From Candidatus Dojkabacteria bacterium (GTDB lineage: Bacteria > Patescibacteriota > Dojkabacteria > JAFGLO01), in NCBI GenBank assembly GCA_016927995.1, contig JAFGLO010000004.1, forward strand, positions 64,955-128,954: 64,000 nucleotides of DNA. Direction: 5' to 3'. Below are positions 48,187-57,712 of this stretch, in pieces. Every line of letters begins with the position of its first letter. Position 1 is the first letter of the stretch. The notes beneath the pieces were generated by a model. That model had not been told where the DNA came from, made no database searches, and saw only the letters and a list, made by a program, of their open reading frames with translations. The translations under genes were made by a program, and so were the position numbers.

Positions 48187-49923
48187 CTATAAATCCACCA
48201 CTTCGTCCTTAATGGCTCTAAAAATGTTTGCCCAAACAGGAACAACGGTATCTGCCGAAAAAGTACTCGTAGTTGGCTCTTCAAGCTTTACAAGCATAAT
48301 AAACTGCGGATTATCGTAAGGGGCAAATCCCACGAAAGTTACGTTAGTCTTTCCTTCTTGATATCCCGGGGCATCAATCCTTGCAATTTGGGCAGTTCCT
48401 GTTTTTCCGGCAATTTTGTATTCGGGAAATTCGTTAAGGTAATATCTGGCATCGCCTTCCGTAACAACAGTTGACATCATTTGTGATACAGAATCAGCCG
48501 TTTCTTTTGATATAGGGGTTGAAACAACTCTAGGTTCAACAATAAGTGTTTCATCCGGTCCGACTATTTTTTCAACAATATAGGGCTGCATTCGCTTGCC
48601 GTCATTTGCAATTGCCGAAATGGCTGAAATAATTTCGATTGGGGTTGCAGTAATCATTTGTCCGTACGAAGCAGTTGCAACGTCAAGTTTTGTCCATTCA
48701 GTGTGGTTAGGATAGAGTCCTGAGACTTCATCACCAAGGCCTATTCCGCTTTTTGTTCCAATTCCGAATTTTACAAGATAGTTATAATATTCCTCAGGAG
48801 TTAGTAACATTCCAATTTGTGCGGCACACACATTGTTTGACTTTTGGAGAACACCGGCAGGGGTTAGGGCTCCATCGGGACGTTTATTCCAAGTGTAGAG
48901 TTTATAGTCGTATACTTCTATATATCCATAATTATCATAACAGATATAGTTCTCATCAATTTTTCCAAGCTCAAGCGCCATTGAGATCGTAAGTGGTTTA
49001 TTAACTGACCCGTATTCATAAGCATCGGATACAGCTCTATTTCTGTAAACTCCGGTGTCTTTTACTTCCCAATATTTATTTGGATCATAGGTTGGATAGC
49101 TTGCCATTGCAATAATTTCCCCTGTTTTGGGATCCATTACAATTGCGACTCCGCCTTTTGATCCGGTTTCGACTACTCCTTGCTTAAGTTCGTCTTCTAC
49201 AATTCGTTGAACCGTTGAATCAATTGTTAGTACAATATCTTTACCGTCACGTGGGCGGATAGGATCGTAATCAGCCTCAAGAATAATATTTCCTAAGATA
49301 TCCCTTTCCGAAAGTGAATAACCCTTTGTGCCTGAAAGTGCACCCCAATAAAATTGTGTAACGCCGTATTGACCCTCATCTTCACCATAATCATTCTTTT
49401 TTACAAACCCAAGAACGTTTGCTGCAAGTTTTCCGTTTGGATAGATACGTCGATACTCCTTTTCAAAATGAATTCCGAAAAGATTTTGTTCTTCGATTGC
49501 TCGTTTTGTTGAGTCGTCGATAAAATGCTTTATCGGATAGTAGTTTGGATTTTTTTCAATATTTGCTGAAAGTTCTTCATATGAAAATCCAAGTGTATCC
49601 GAAATAATTTTTAGAACGGTATCTTTTTGCTCTATAAATGTTTTCTTGTCATAACTTGAACTTCCTATCGAAAAATATAAAAACCATACAGGTTCATCTA
49701 TAGAAAGGACTGTGCCGTCCGATGAGTAGATTATTCCCCGTTGTGAAACAATGGTTTCTTGTGCGCTAGTAAGGTTTTCCGCAGCCGTTCTGTATCGTTC
49801 ATGAAAAACAATCTGCCATTTATACATTTGATAGACGATAAGTCCGATAAATATGGAAAAACCTAGGAATACCCAGATTAATCTTGGGAGCATATCGGAC
49901 TCGGAATTACGACGTACATTCAT
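48187..49923 (-). CDS. ftsI: Class B penicillin-binding protein (FtsI/PBP2-type transpeptidase)
   Basis: N-terminal TM helix, SVNK (SxxK), an SxN motif and KTGTAQ. It is the last gene of the mraZ-rsmH-ftsL cluster. Confidence 0.88.
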   Translation of the reverse strand: MNVRRNSESDMLPRLIWVFLGFSIFIGLIVYQMYKWQIVFHERYRTAAENLTSAQETIVSQRGIIYSSDGTVLSIDEPVWFLYFSIGSSSYDKKTFIEQKDTVLKIISDTLGFSYEELSANIEKNPNYYPIKHFIDDSTKRAIEEQNLFGIHFEKEYRRIYPNGKLAANVLGFVKKNDYGEDEGQYGVTQFYWGALSGTKGYSLSERDILGNIILEADYDPIRPRDGKDIVLTIDSTVQRIVEDELKQGVVETGSKGGVAIVMDPKTGEIIAMASYPTYDPNKYWEVKDTGVYRNRAVSDAYEYGSVNKPLTISMALELGKIDENYICYDNYGYIEVYDYKLYTWNKRPDGALTPAGVLQKSNNVCAAQIGMLLTPEEYYNYLVKFGIGTKSGIGLGDEVSGLYPNHTEWTKLDVATASYGQMITATPIEIISAISAIANDGKRMQPYIVEKIVGPDETLIVEPRVVSTPISKETADSVSQMMSTVVTEGDARYYLNEFPEYKIAGKTGTAQIARIDAPGYQEGKTNVTFVGFAPYDNPQFIMLVKLEEPTTSTFSADTVVPVWANIFRAIKDEVVDL

Positions 49924-49924
49924 T

Positions 49925-50254
49925 TTACTTAACCTGTGCCAAATTTCCTACTGGAAGGTATATTACCGTTTCAGGTGTTTTCATTTCAAGCTCTGTTTCT
50001 GCCTGAATGCGAATAAGTTCAGTGGAATTATAGTGTGCAAGATCATTTAAAACAGTTGCCGAGCTATCTGTGATTTTTTCAACTTCCTCTTCAATTTGTC
50101 TTAGTTCACTGCCGATTGGTAATAGTTGCGTCGAGGAATAAAGTTTGACTGTTATATAACTTAACACAGATATGAGTCCAATCAAAAAACAGATTGTAAG
50201 AGATGAAAGCCTTGGAATTTTGATGAATGATTGTCTGTTTTTGGGCAGTGTCAC
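49925..50254 (-). CDS. ftsL: Cell-division protein FtsL-like
   Basis: 109 aa with a single TM helix followed by a coiled-coil-like region. It sits in the conserved position between rsmH and ftsI. Confidence 0.6.
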   Translation of the reverse strand: MTLPKNRQSFIKIPRLSSLTICFLIGLISVLSYITVKLYSSTQLLPIGSELRQIEEEVEKITDSSATVLNDLAHYNSTELIRIQAETELEMKTPETVIYLPVGNLAQVK

Positions 50255-50270
50255 GGCAGTGTTTGTTATG

Positions 50271-51215
50271 TTATGTAGATTTTTCTATTACAAAAAGCTT
50301 GGCGCTTCTAGAGCGTTTATTTTCCAATACTTCTTCTTCTTCTGGGGTAAGAGGGACTGGGGTAAGAAGCGAAAGGCTGTCGAAGTTTTCATTAATGAAA
50401 CTTTCAACAACACCGGCTTCGAGTGAGTGGTATGCAAGAATGACTAGTCGTCCCTTGTGAGAAAGTAAGGAAAATGCCTCCGGAAGCGCTGCTTTTAGGT
50501 TGTTAATTTCGTCGTTGACGGCAATTCTTAATGCCTGAAAAACCCGTCTTGCCGGGTGTTTTCTTCCTCTGTCGTAGTTTTCCGGCACTCCCTTGTAGAT
50601 TGCCTTTACAAGCTCGTGCGTGGTTGTAAGCTCTTCTGCTTTTCTGGCTTTTATTATTTCTCTGGCAATTGATTTGCTATAACGTTCTTGTCCGTATACT
50701 GTAAAGAGTTTGGTTAGTTCGGACTCTGATAGAGCATGTAAAAGATCAAAGGCGTTTACTAATAGGTCTTTATCCATTCGCATATCGAGCTTGCTGCTTC
50801 CGTAAAAGCTAAAGCCACGATTTTTCTGGGCGAGCTGTCTACTACTAAGTCCAAGATCAAATAAGACTCCGTTTATAGATTCAATGTTGTGTTTATTTAA
50901 AATCTTTTTCATGGATTTAAAGTTGGCCTTTTCAATTATCCAGTTGTCAAGTTTGGCTAATGGGTTATTTGTTTTTACGAACTCTATACTTTCGGTATCG
51001 TGATCTAGGCTTACAAGCTTACCTGAGCCTAGTGCCTTAAGGATTTCAGTGCTATGTCCGCCATCACCTAATGTTGCATCAACGTAGTTCCCTTCAGGAA
51101 CAATATTAAGGTACTCAATAACTTTCTCTAAAAGTACCGGTTTATGTACTGGTGCCTTATTCATTTCTGTTTTGGTTTGTAAGTTTTTGTGCAATTTCTT
51201 CACCATGTGTGTCAA
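50271..51215 (-). CDS. rsmH: 16S rRNA m4C1402 methyltransferase RsmH (MraW)
   Basis: HKPVLLEKVIEYL and DATLGDGGHS motifs. It is 314 aa. Confidence 0.95.
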   Translation of the reverse strand: MTHMVKKLHKNLQTKTEMNKAPVHKPVLLEKVIEYLNIVPEGNYVDATLGDGGHSTEILKALGSGKLVSLDHDTESIEFVKTNNPLAKLDNWIIEKANFKSMKKILNKHNIESINGVLFDLGLSSRQLAQKNRGFSFYGSSKLDMRMDKDLLVNAFDLLHALSESELTKLFTVYGQERYSKSIAREIIKARKAEELTTTHELVKAIYKGVPENYDRGRKHPARRVFQALRIAVNDEINNLKAALPEAFSLLSHKGRLVILAYHSLEAGVVESFINENFDSLSLLTPVPLTPEEEEVLENKRSRSAKLFVIEKST

Positions 51216-51594
51216 GATAAGAAAGTCGTTTCTGCCAGCTTTCCGTGCTCCAGACTTCTATCCAGTTAAGAAGTCCGACAAAGACTACCTCTTTTTGTAT
51301 TTGTGCATATTTAAAGAGATTGTCCGGGATCACAAATCGACCCTGAGTATCGGGTAATATTTCTTTTGCGCCACCAACCAAGATTCTGGCAGTATCCCTG
51401 ACAAAATTATTAATTATTGAGCCGTTTGTGATTTCGCTTGTTATCTTTTCAAAGCGATCCTTGTTAACGAGCACTAAAGAATTTTCGTACCCACGAGTTA
51501 TATATAACTTACCTTTTAGCTCTTTTCGTAGATCATACGGAATTGCTATGCGTTTTTTTTCTCCAACCTTTTGCATGAATTCACCTATTAGCAT
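51157..51594 (-). CDS. mraZ: Transcriptional regulator MraZ
   Basis: Duplicated MraZ/SpoVT-AbrB-like halves (DxxxR) at 145 aa. It is the first gene of the dcw cluster. Confidence 0.9.
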   Translation of the reverse strand: MLIGEFMQKVGEKKRIAIPYDLRKELKGKLYITRGYENSLVLVNKDRFEKITSEITNGSIINNFVRDTARILVGGAKEILPDTQGRFVIPDNLFKYAQIQKEVVFVGLLNWIEVWSTESWQKRLSYLDTHGEEIAQKLTNQNRNE

Positions 51595-51639
51595 TGTAAA
51601 ACCTGTTTATTTAAATTCATTATTCGGATTTGTTTCCAA

Positions 51640-51705
51640 GGTGGTAACCCCACATATCACCACTAGTCACCACCAATATAGCATGCTGAAAACGGGCTTG
51701 TCAAA
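51640..51705 (-). promoter_or_regulatory. mraZ promoter with MraZ operator direct repeats
   Basis: On the minus strand: TTGACA (51699-51704), an 18-nt spacer, TATATT (51675-51680), then GTGGTGActaGTGGTGAtatGTGGGGT. That is three GTGG[T/G]G repeats at 10-bp spacing, the canonical MraZ-binding architecture. Confidence 0.6.
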
Positions 51706-51722
51706 TGGTTGAATCATCTTTC

Positions 51723-51946
51723 GTAGGGACAGGTCTAGACCCGCACCTCCAGTTCGGGAAATTGCCAGTGGATAACCATTCTAAGAGACCGATCTTTGCA
51801 TACACCTACACGCATTGGAAAATATATTGACCAGCTCGTTATTTGTTAGCAGGGGTGTGGGTGTAAGACCGTCACGGGGTTATTAGAGTCATGATCTTTT
51901 CGTTATTTGAATGTTGCGGCATGTCGGTCTAGACCTGTCCCTACTA
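51723..51946. repeat. REPIN-like element: two inverted copies of the REP-like repeat with no transposase
   Basis: GTAGGGACAGGTCTAGACCCGCACC lies at 51723-51747. Its inverted partner GTCGGTCTAGACCTGTCCCTAC lies at 51923-51946. They enclose about 175 bp of non-coding DNA. Confidence 0.7.
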
Positions 51947-51950
51947 CGAT

Positions 51951-52017
51951 ATTTATCGATACTTACCGATATTTACCGGTATTTACCGGTATTTATCGAT
52001 ACTTACCGATACTTACA
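51951..52017. repeat. Tandem array of about 6.7 x 10-bp palindromic repeats upstream of the ECF sigma gene
   Basis: ATTTATCGAT ACTTACCGAT ATTTACCGGT ATTTACCGGT ATTTATCGAT ACTTACCGAT ACTTACAGTG. Each unit holds an ACCGGT or ATCGAT palindrome. The array ends 3 nt before the TATAAT (52021-52026) of the GTG-start sigma gene. Confidence 0.75.
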
Positions 52018-52061
52018 GTGTATAATACTGTAACCTGCATAATCTATATAAATAACGCAAG

Positions 52062-52625
52062 GTGAACGAATCAAAGTTGGTACAAACAGCACAAAACGGA
52101 GATAGCACCGCAATGCAGGCCTTATACGAAGAAAGCGTTAGTTGTATATACCGCTTTGTATACTCGTTCTCATTAGGAAAAGAAGTTACCGATGATATTG
52201 TCGCAGAAAGCTTTACAAAAGCGTTTGAAAAACTTAAACAATTTAGGGGAAAAAGCTCTTTTAAAACATGGGTGTATAAAATTGCAAGAAATGAAGTATA
52301 CACATATTTCAACAAAAAAAGAGGGACCATTCCGATGGATGAAGAAAAAATAGAGCAAGTGGCTGATCGCATTGGTAATGATATTTTGCAGAGTCATGAA
52401 AATGATCGACATACCAATAATGACAATAAGAACGAGCGACTTGTAAGGAAAATACTAAATCAGTTGCCTGCCAGGCAGGCAGAAGTTCTAAGATTGCGGT
52501 TTATTTTGGGGTATACCGTAAAAGAGTGTGCACTGGAGTTAAAAATTTCCGAAGGCAATGTAAAGGTGATTCAGAATAGGGCATTGGGAAAAGCTAATAA
52601 GTTGGTGAATAAAGAAAATGGATAA
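52062..52625 (+). CDS. ECF-type RNA polymerase sigma factor (sigma-70 regions 2 and 4)
   Basis: The region 2 motifs YRFVYSF...D (2.1) and WVYKIARN (2.4), and the region 4 helix-turn-helix segment VLRLRFILGYTVKECALELKISEGNVK. Confidence 0.85.
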   Translation: MNESKLVQTAQNGDSTAMQALYEESVSCIYRFVYSFSLGKEVTDDIVAESFTKAFEKLKQFRGKSSFKTWVYKIARNEVYTYFNKKRGTIPMDEEKIEQVADRIGNDILQSHENDRHTNNDNKNERLVRKILNQLPARQAEVLRLRFILGYTVKECALELKISEGNVKVIQNRALGKANKLVNKENG

Positions 52626-53232
52626 CATAAAGAGTGTGTTTAAACAATACAATAATTCAGTTAAACCGGATGATAGTACTGTTATGCGTATTTGGAACAG
52701 GATTAGCAGTAACCTTGATCAAATGTCTCAACGTGAACCTAAGGTTAATCCAAAGCAACTGATAAAATCCAAATCGTGGGCAAGATTTGTTTTGGGCTTT
52801 GCTAAAAATCTTTTAATAGGCGGTGCATTTGTTCCACTGTCCTTGGTGATTGGCTTTTTAACGTTTAATACCTTCGAGGTAATTTCTCGACATGTTCTAC
52901 CCGGGGGAAATCTTGGCCTTAATCAGTTAGAATCTTCTGAAAATCTTTATGAAGAGGCGTTTAGCACAGAAGAAAAAAGGCTTAAAGAGAGTTCAGATAT
53001 CGGTGAGTTGAATGCCATAGACTTTGCGTCTCCTCCAACTTCCATCGTGGATGACGAACATATAAGTGCCAAAGAAACAAATACCCGTGAAATCTTGGAC
53101 AAAACCGAGACGCATAATGCTAAGGATGGTTATGTAAGAGCAATAATATATTTTGGAACTGGACTTATGGTAATAACAATCGGCTGGGGATTATATGGAG
53201 TTATAAGGCTTATAAGAAGTAGGATTGATTAA
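52618..53232 (+). CDS. Putative membrane anti-sigma factor
   Basis: It overlaps the sigma gene stop. It has two TM helices (residues about 55-80 and about 180-200) and an N-terminal cytoplasmic segment. The call rests on position and topology only. Confidence 0.45.
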   Translation: MDNIKSVFKQYNNSVKPDDSTVMRIWNRISSNLDQMSQREPKVNPKQLIKSKSWARFVLGFAKNLLIGGAFVPLSLVIGFLTFNTFEVISRHVLPGGNLGLNQLESSENLYEEAFSTEEKRLKESSDIGELNAIDFASPPTSIVDDEHISAKETNTREILDKTETHNAKDGYVRAIIYFGTGLMVITIGWGLYGVIRLIRSRID

Positions 53233-53489
53233 ACAACATTAATCTGAAGTTTGCCTCGTTTGTATCCGGTTAACTTTTTGAAAGAAACCGTTCCTTCCTT
53301 TGTAGCATAGATGGTGAAATCTTTACCCATTTTGGTATTTTCGCCGGGATACATTTTGGTGCCAAGCTGGCGAATAATGATAACTCCGGGCTTAACACTC
53401 TGTCCTTCGTTTACTTTTAGACCACGTCTTTTACCTGCAACATTTACACCTTGTCTTGCTTTAGACGAGCCTGCCGCAACATGTGCCAT
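53229..53489 (-). CDS. rpmA: 50S ribosomal protein L27
   Basis: MAHVAAGSSK...GVIIIRQLGTKMYPGENTKMGKDFTIYA matches the L27 consensus. It is 86 aa. Confidence 0.95.
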   Translation of the reverse strand: MAHVAAGSSKARQGVNVAGKRRGLKVNEGQSVKPGVIIIRQLGTKMYPGENTKMGKDFTIYATKEGTVSFKKLTGYKRGKLQINVV

Positions 53490-53571
53490 GACTTTTTATC
53501 TCTGTAAGTTAATGCATTATAAATGCGGAGCTATTTTAATATATGTACACGACTTAGTCAATGATATTTGG

Positions 53572-53880
53572 TTATTCGCCTAAATCGACTAATCCTTGGG
53601 GGGCATCTTCATCTTCCGGGAGAATTGGGCCAAATTCCTCTTCCTCTTCATTGGTTACGATATCCGGTTCGACCGGTCTTGCTACTGCATTACCGTCAAT
53701 CACGCTTACAACTCTCATAAGTTCGCCACAAAAGGGGCACTTGATTGTTTTTTCAATTTCCTCACCGCAGTTTGGACATTGGAGAACAATGATTTGATGA
53801 TTGCAGTTGCCATGAGTGTTTTCTTCACCCTCTATTACTAGCCCGGTATCTGTTATTATTCTTTTGGTTTTACTGGACAT
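53572..53880 (-). CDS. Small zinc-ribbon protein with an acidic C-terminal tail
   Basis: CPNCGEE...CPFCGE and a run of EEEEE. The upstream 44 codons of the ORF overlap a repeat module, so the start at 53880 is preferred. Confidence 0.5.
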   Translation of the reverse strand: MSSKTKRIITDTGLVIEGEENTHGNCNHQIIVLQCPNCGEEIEKTIKCPFCGELMRVVSVIDGNAVARPVEPDIVTNEEEEEFGPILPEDEDAPQGLVDLGE

Positions 53881-53929
53881 TATAATGCAATCGGTTATGT
53901 AAATATTTATTAGTATACATGCCGGAGAG

Positions 53930-54090
53930 AGATTGTCAAATGGTAGTAAGTAGTAGGGATATGTCAATGACTTGTCCAGTAGTAAAGTAATACTCCGGAA
54001 CATAGGAATCAACGGAAGCTTGCGCAGTAAAGCAGTGAAGTAATCCTCTCCGGAACATAGGAATCGATGGAGTATTAAATCGTAAAAAAG
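53930..54090. repeat. Modular intergenic repeat (two core copies)
   Basis: CTCCGGAACATAGGAATCAACGGAAGCTTGCGCAGTAAAGCAGTGAAGTAATCCTCTCCGGAACATAGGAATCGATGGAG. Confidence 0.75.
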
Positions 54091-54101
54091 TGAGCAAGTG
54101 C

Positions 54102-54773
54102 TTACTCCGACAAAACAACAACGGTAAATTCACCCTTTAAAGGAATTTCATTTCCCAAAAGCTGTGCTATCTCTGTAGCCTTTTTTGTGACAATCTGCTC
54201 ATGGATTTTGGTAAGCTCACGAGCAATACAGACGGAAGCTATCGGATATTTTTGTGCAATATAATCAAGGACGGATTTTATCCTTCTTGGCGATTCAAAA
54301 AATAAGAATGTTTCCTTGCGTGCAATATATTTATCGAGTACTTTGTGAAACTTTACGGTTTTAGGTAGAAATCCTATGAAGGTAAAAGGATAAGGAGGAA
54401 GTCCGCTTGCAGTAAGTGCTGTGGTGATTGCCGATGCACCAGGAATGGATACAACGTTATGTTCTGTAGTCTCTTTTATTTTGCGGACCACGGTAAAGCC
54501 AGGGTCGGATATAATAGGTGTCCCGCTTTCCGATACGATTGCCAGATTTTTACCATCGTTAAGTAGTTTTATAATACCTTCGGCTGATTCTGTTTCATTA
54601 TGGTTTTCGTGAACCATTAATCTTTTTTTAATGCCGTATTTTCCTAAAAGTTTAAGAGTTGTGCGTGTGTCCTCGCATAAAATAACATCGACTGCCTTTA
54701 GGGTATCCAGCGCCCGCAGTGTAATGTCTTTTAGATTGCCAATTGGTGTTGCGACAAGGTAAAGTGTTGCCAT
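54102..54773 (-). CDS. rsmI: 16S rRNA (cytidine1402-2'-O)-methyltransferase RsmI
   Basis: LYLVATPIGNLKDITLRAL...ILCEDTR, tetrapyrrole-methylase fold. It is 223 aa. Confidence 0.9.
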   Translation of the reverse strand: MATLYLVATPIGNLKDITLRALDTLKAVDVILCEDTRTTLKLLGKYGIKKRLMVHENHNETESAEGIIKLLNDGKNLAIVSESGTPIISDPGFTVVRKIKETTEHNVVSIPGASAITTALTASGLPPYPFTFIGFLPKTVKFHKVLDKYIARKETFLFFESPRRIKSVLDYIAQKYPIASVCIARELTKIHEQIVTKKATEIAQLLGNEIPLKGEFTVVVLSE

Positions 54774-54780
54774 ATAATCA

Positions 54781-54860
54781 GTATACAGTAATCAGTGGAA
54801 TAGTGAAATAGTGAAGCAGGAGAGATAGGTCTATGATTTGTTTATAAGTAGTAAGCAGTA
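54781..54860. repeat. Modular intergenic repeat (8-bp CAGTGGAA/TAGTGAAA array)
   Basis: cagtggaa-tagtgaaa-tagtgaag-caggagag in the divergent promoter region. Confidence 0.6.
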
Positions 54861-54925
54861 AAACAATGAGTAAGAAAAGTGTGTTATAATATATATGCAT
54901 AATCTGTAAAATATCAACAGATCCT

Positions 54926-55777
54926 ATGGGGCAGCTAGAAATCATAACAAATTATCCTATTACTTATGGGCGTGATAAATTGCCATTATATTTAGATCAG
55001 GTTTGCCGGTATAATCCTGAAGTGTTTTGCAATACAACATCTGGTCATCAATTATTGTTTCGAGTTCCTAAATTTAATCTTTTTTCTTGGACCTCTTCAC
55101 TTTTTGGGTGTCCGTCGCTTAGCTCAAATTTAAAATCAACCGTTGTGGATCTGGAGGTTTGGCTGGTTGATGGCGACAAGCTCTACTACAAACCGGTTTG
55201 TAATAATACTCTTCCTAATGAAGGATGGAGCAATGATTTGGGGGAGTACTCGGGATTTGGGCTTTTAGTTTATTGCAATGGAGAGAAAAGGGTAGATTTT
55301 GTAATTGAAAGGGATTTGGGGAATCTAGAAAGATTTGATCCCAAGAGTAAAGAGGCAAGATCAATTTGTAGCAGCTTGTTTGACTTAACTGTTTTAAAAT
55401 TTGAGGATTTTAAGTTAATTGATTTCTTCACTCCGGAAGGTTCTATTCGTTGTGGTCTTTATAAGGGTAGATTATATGAGGGAGTAAGAACGGAGTATGA
55501 ATTGGGTGAAAGGTTAGCTGCGGAGCTAGAAGCAAAAATGAGATTAGCTTATAGGAAGATAATGGCTCTGGATACCGGTTTAGCAATGATTGATGTTCTG
55601 TCGGGGTTGATTAATGACCAAATAAAAGAGAGCTTTCCGGGAATTTCAATTGAGGGGTATCGTTCAGCATTTGATGATAGCCGTGCTACCCCACTAACTC
55701 CACGAAATCAAGGAGAATTACTACCAGAACCATCTTCCGGTATAATCCGGCATTCACCTGAATCGCGTCCCAACTAA
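54926..55777 (+). CDS. Hypothetical protein
   Basis: 283 aa with no recognisable motif. Somewhat GC-richer 3' end. Confidence 0.45.
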   Translation: MGQLEIITNYPITYGRDKLPLYLDQVCRYNPEVFCNTTSGHQLLFRVPKFNLFSWTSSLFGCPSLSSNLKSTVVDLEVWLVDGDKLYYKPVCNNTLPNEGWSNDLGEYSGFGLLVYCNGEKRVDFVIERDLGNLERFDPKSKEARSICSSLFDLTVLKFEDFKLIDFFTPEGSIRCGLYKGRLYEGVRTEYELGERLAAELEAKMRLAYRKIMALDTGLAMIDVLSGLINDQIKESFPGISIEGYRSAFDDSRATPLTPRNQGELLPEPSSGIIRHSPESRPN

Positions 55778-55861
55778 AACATCTAAGCAGGTTTCTGTGG
55801 AGGAAGTAGGAGCCAGTAAACCCGACACGTACGTTAATGACTGGTGTGTTATACTTATTCC

Positions 55862-56437
55862 ATGAACATACTTACGATCTCAACAACAAATGCAATATTT
55901 CTTGGTTTCTATCATGATACCGTCCAATTGACGGCATATCTTGACCAAAACCCTTCAAATATTGCCGAAGATATAGATGAAATCTATAAAAGTGTTATCG
56001 GCACTGAGATACCTGAGCTTATTATAGTTGATTTGGGGCCCGGTTCCTTTACCGGTTCACGTGTTGGTGTTGCATTTGCCAAGGGATTGGCCTTGGCGTT
56101 TAATATTCCTGTTGTAGGTGTGTCGTTATTATCGGCAATTTGTTACCAGAAATATTTGACTTCCGGTAAGTCTTCCGACATGTATTCCGCACAAATTGAT
56201 GCAAACAACGGAAATGTTTATACATTAGATTTAAACCTACCTTCCGATAATCTTTTAGAATCTCAACTTTCGATAGGGTTCAAAAAATCATCAAAGTTCG
56301 ATGAGATTAATGATGCTGTATTTGATGCCATGACAAAGCTTGGACTGCAAATATATTCAACCGGACGTTCCTCCGACGTTTTAACGCTTGCGCCTATTTA
56401 CGGTCGACCCGTTAATATTACTCCTCCTAAAAAGTGA
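55862..56437 (+). CDS. tsaB: tRNA t6A biosynthesis protein TsaB (YeaZ)
   Basis: MNILTISTT...IIVDLGPGSFTGSRVGVAFAKGLA fits the inactive Kae1/YgjD paralog pattern. Confidence 0.85.
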   Translation: MNILTISTTNAIFLGFYHDTVQLTAYLDQNPSNIAEDIDEIYKSVIGTEIPELIIVDLGPGSFTGSRVGVAFAKGLALAFNIPVVGVSLLSAICYQKYLTSGKSSDMYSAQIDANNGNVYTLDLNLPSDNLLESQLSIGFKKSSKFDEINDAVFDAMTKLGLQIYSTGRSSDVLTLAPIYGRPVNITPPKK

Positions 56438-57675
56438 AGGTTGCACTTGTAACCGATTCAATTACCCAGTTTGGTGGGGCACATAGGTTTCTGGTGTCGC
56501 TTTGCAAGCTTTTTCCTAAATCCGATATTTTTACTGCAATTTATGATAAAAGGGTTGATATTAACAAGGAGCTTTCGGGGCACAAGATATTTTCGTCGTT
56601 TTTGGGGCATCCGTTTCTTCGCCCGATTTTTAAGAATCATTATACTATCCTGTCTCCTCTTGCTTTTGAAAGCTTTGATTTTTCAAAGTATAATCTTGTT
56701 ATCTCTATTACTGCGGGTGCTGCAAAAGGCATTATTACTCCTGTCTCTTGTAAGCATGTTAACATTATTCTCACACCTGTTCGTTACTATTGGAAGCTGG
56801 ACAATCCTGACTTTTATACAAAAAACATAGGAATTCGCAAACTTTTTAAACCGATATTTGCTTTTACGGATGCCTATGTTAGGCAGTGGGATTTTGCTGC
56901 GGCAAAAAGACCCGATGTTAATATTTCGATTTCTAGCTATATTTCAACTATCTCTGAAAAGATTTACGGTATTAAATCAGATATTTTAGCTCCGCCCGTT
57001 GAGCTAAACGTTAAACCGGACACTACTTCTGCCAATAAGCTAATTGCAGAATTATCAATTAATAATCAACAGCCTATTAATGACTTTTACATTATTGTTA
57101 CAAGGCTTTATCCTTATAAGCGGGCCGACTTGGCTATTTTGGCTTTTAAGAGATTGCGTAAGCACCTGTTAATTGTAGGGTCGGGTCCGGAAGAAAAATC
57201 GCTTAAGAAACTTGCCGGCAATTCTAAGTTCATTCATTTTCTACAGTTTTTGCCCGATGGTGTTATGTATGCACTTGTTAAGGCTGCCAAGGGGTTTATA
57301 CATTGTGGAATTGAGGATTTTGGGATTGCCATGGTCGAGAGTATTTTCTTAAGTACGCCTGTTATTGCGTATGACCTTGGCGGAGCTTCTGATATTGTTA
57401 AGAAAGGTGTTTCCGGTATGCTTTTTAAATCTGCTAGTGCGTTGTGTGTTAAGCGGACTGTTGAAGAATTTGAGGGGTCAGCACTTTTTAAGTCTGGAGT
57501 TTCTGCTAAGGTTGTTGCTGAGTATAAGGACAGATATTCTCTTAAAACTTTTAAAGAAGGTTTGGAAAAGCAGGCTGGTATTAAGGTTCCAATGACTGCT
57601 GCCGCTGACAAAATTGCTCTTGTAAGGGATGATCAGGGTTTTGTGGGGAGGAGCTTAAGGGGGGAAGGGGATTGA
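56434..57675 (+). CDS. Glycosyltransferase family 4
   Basis: EDFGIAMVES...P and DLGGASDIV form the EX7E-like GT4 signature. GTG start overlapping the tsaB stop. Confidence 0.78.
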   Translation: MKVALVTDSITQFGGAHRFLVSLCKLFPKSDIFTAIYDKRVDINKELSGHKIFSSFLGHPFLRPIFKNHYTILSPLAFESFDFSKYNLVISITAGAAKGIITPVSCKHVNIILTPVRYYWKLDNPDFYTKNIGIRKLFKPIFAFTDAYVRQWDFAAAKRPDVNISISSYISTISEKIYGIKSDILAPPVELNVKPDTTSANKLIAELSINNQQPINDFYIIVTRLYPYKRADLAILAFKRLRKHLLIVGSGPEEKSLKKLAGNSKFIHFLQFLPDGVMYALVKAAKGFIHCGIEDFGIAMVESIFLSTPVIAYDLGGASDIVKKGVSGMLFKSASALCVKRTVEEFEGSALFKSGVSAKVVAEYKDRYSLKTFKEGLEKQAGIKVPMTAAADKIALVRDDQGFVGRSLRGEGD

Positions 57676-57712
57676 CACGAGACGTTTCCCGGTGTTAAGG
57701 TTTTGTAGAAGT

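Noticed and set aside
51428-51712. 94-aa plus-strand ORF
   Set aside because: It is antisense to mraZ and its promoter/operator region. No support.
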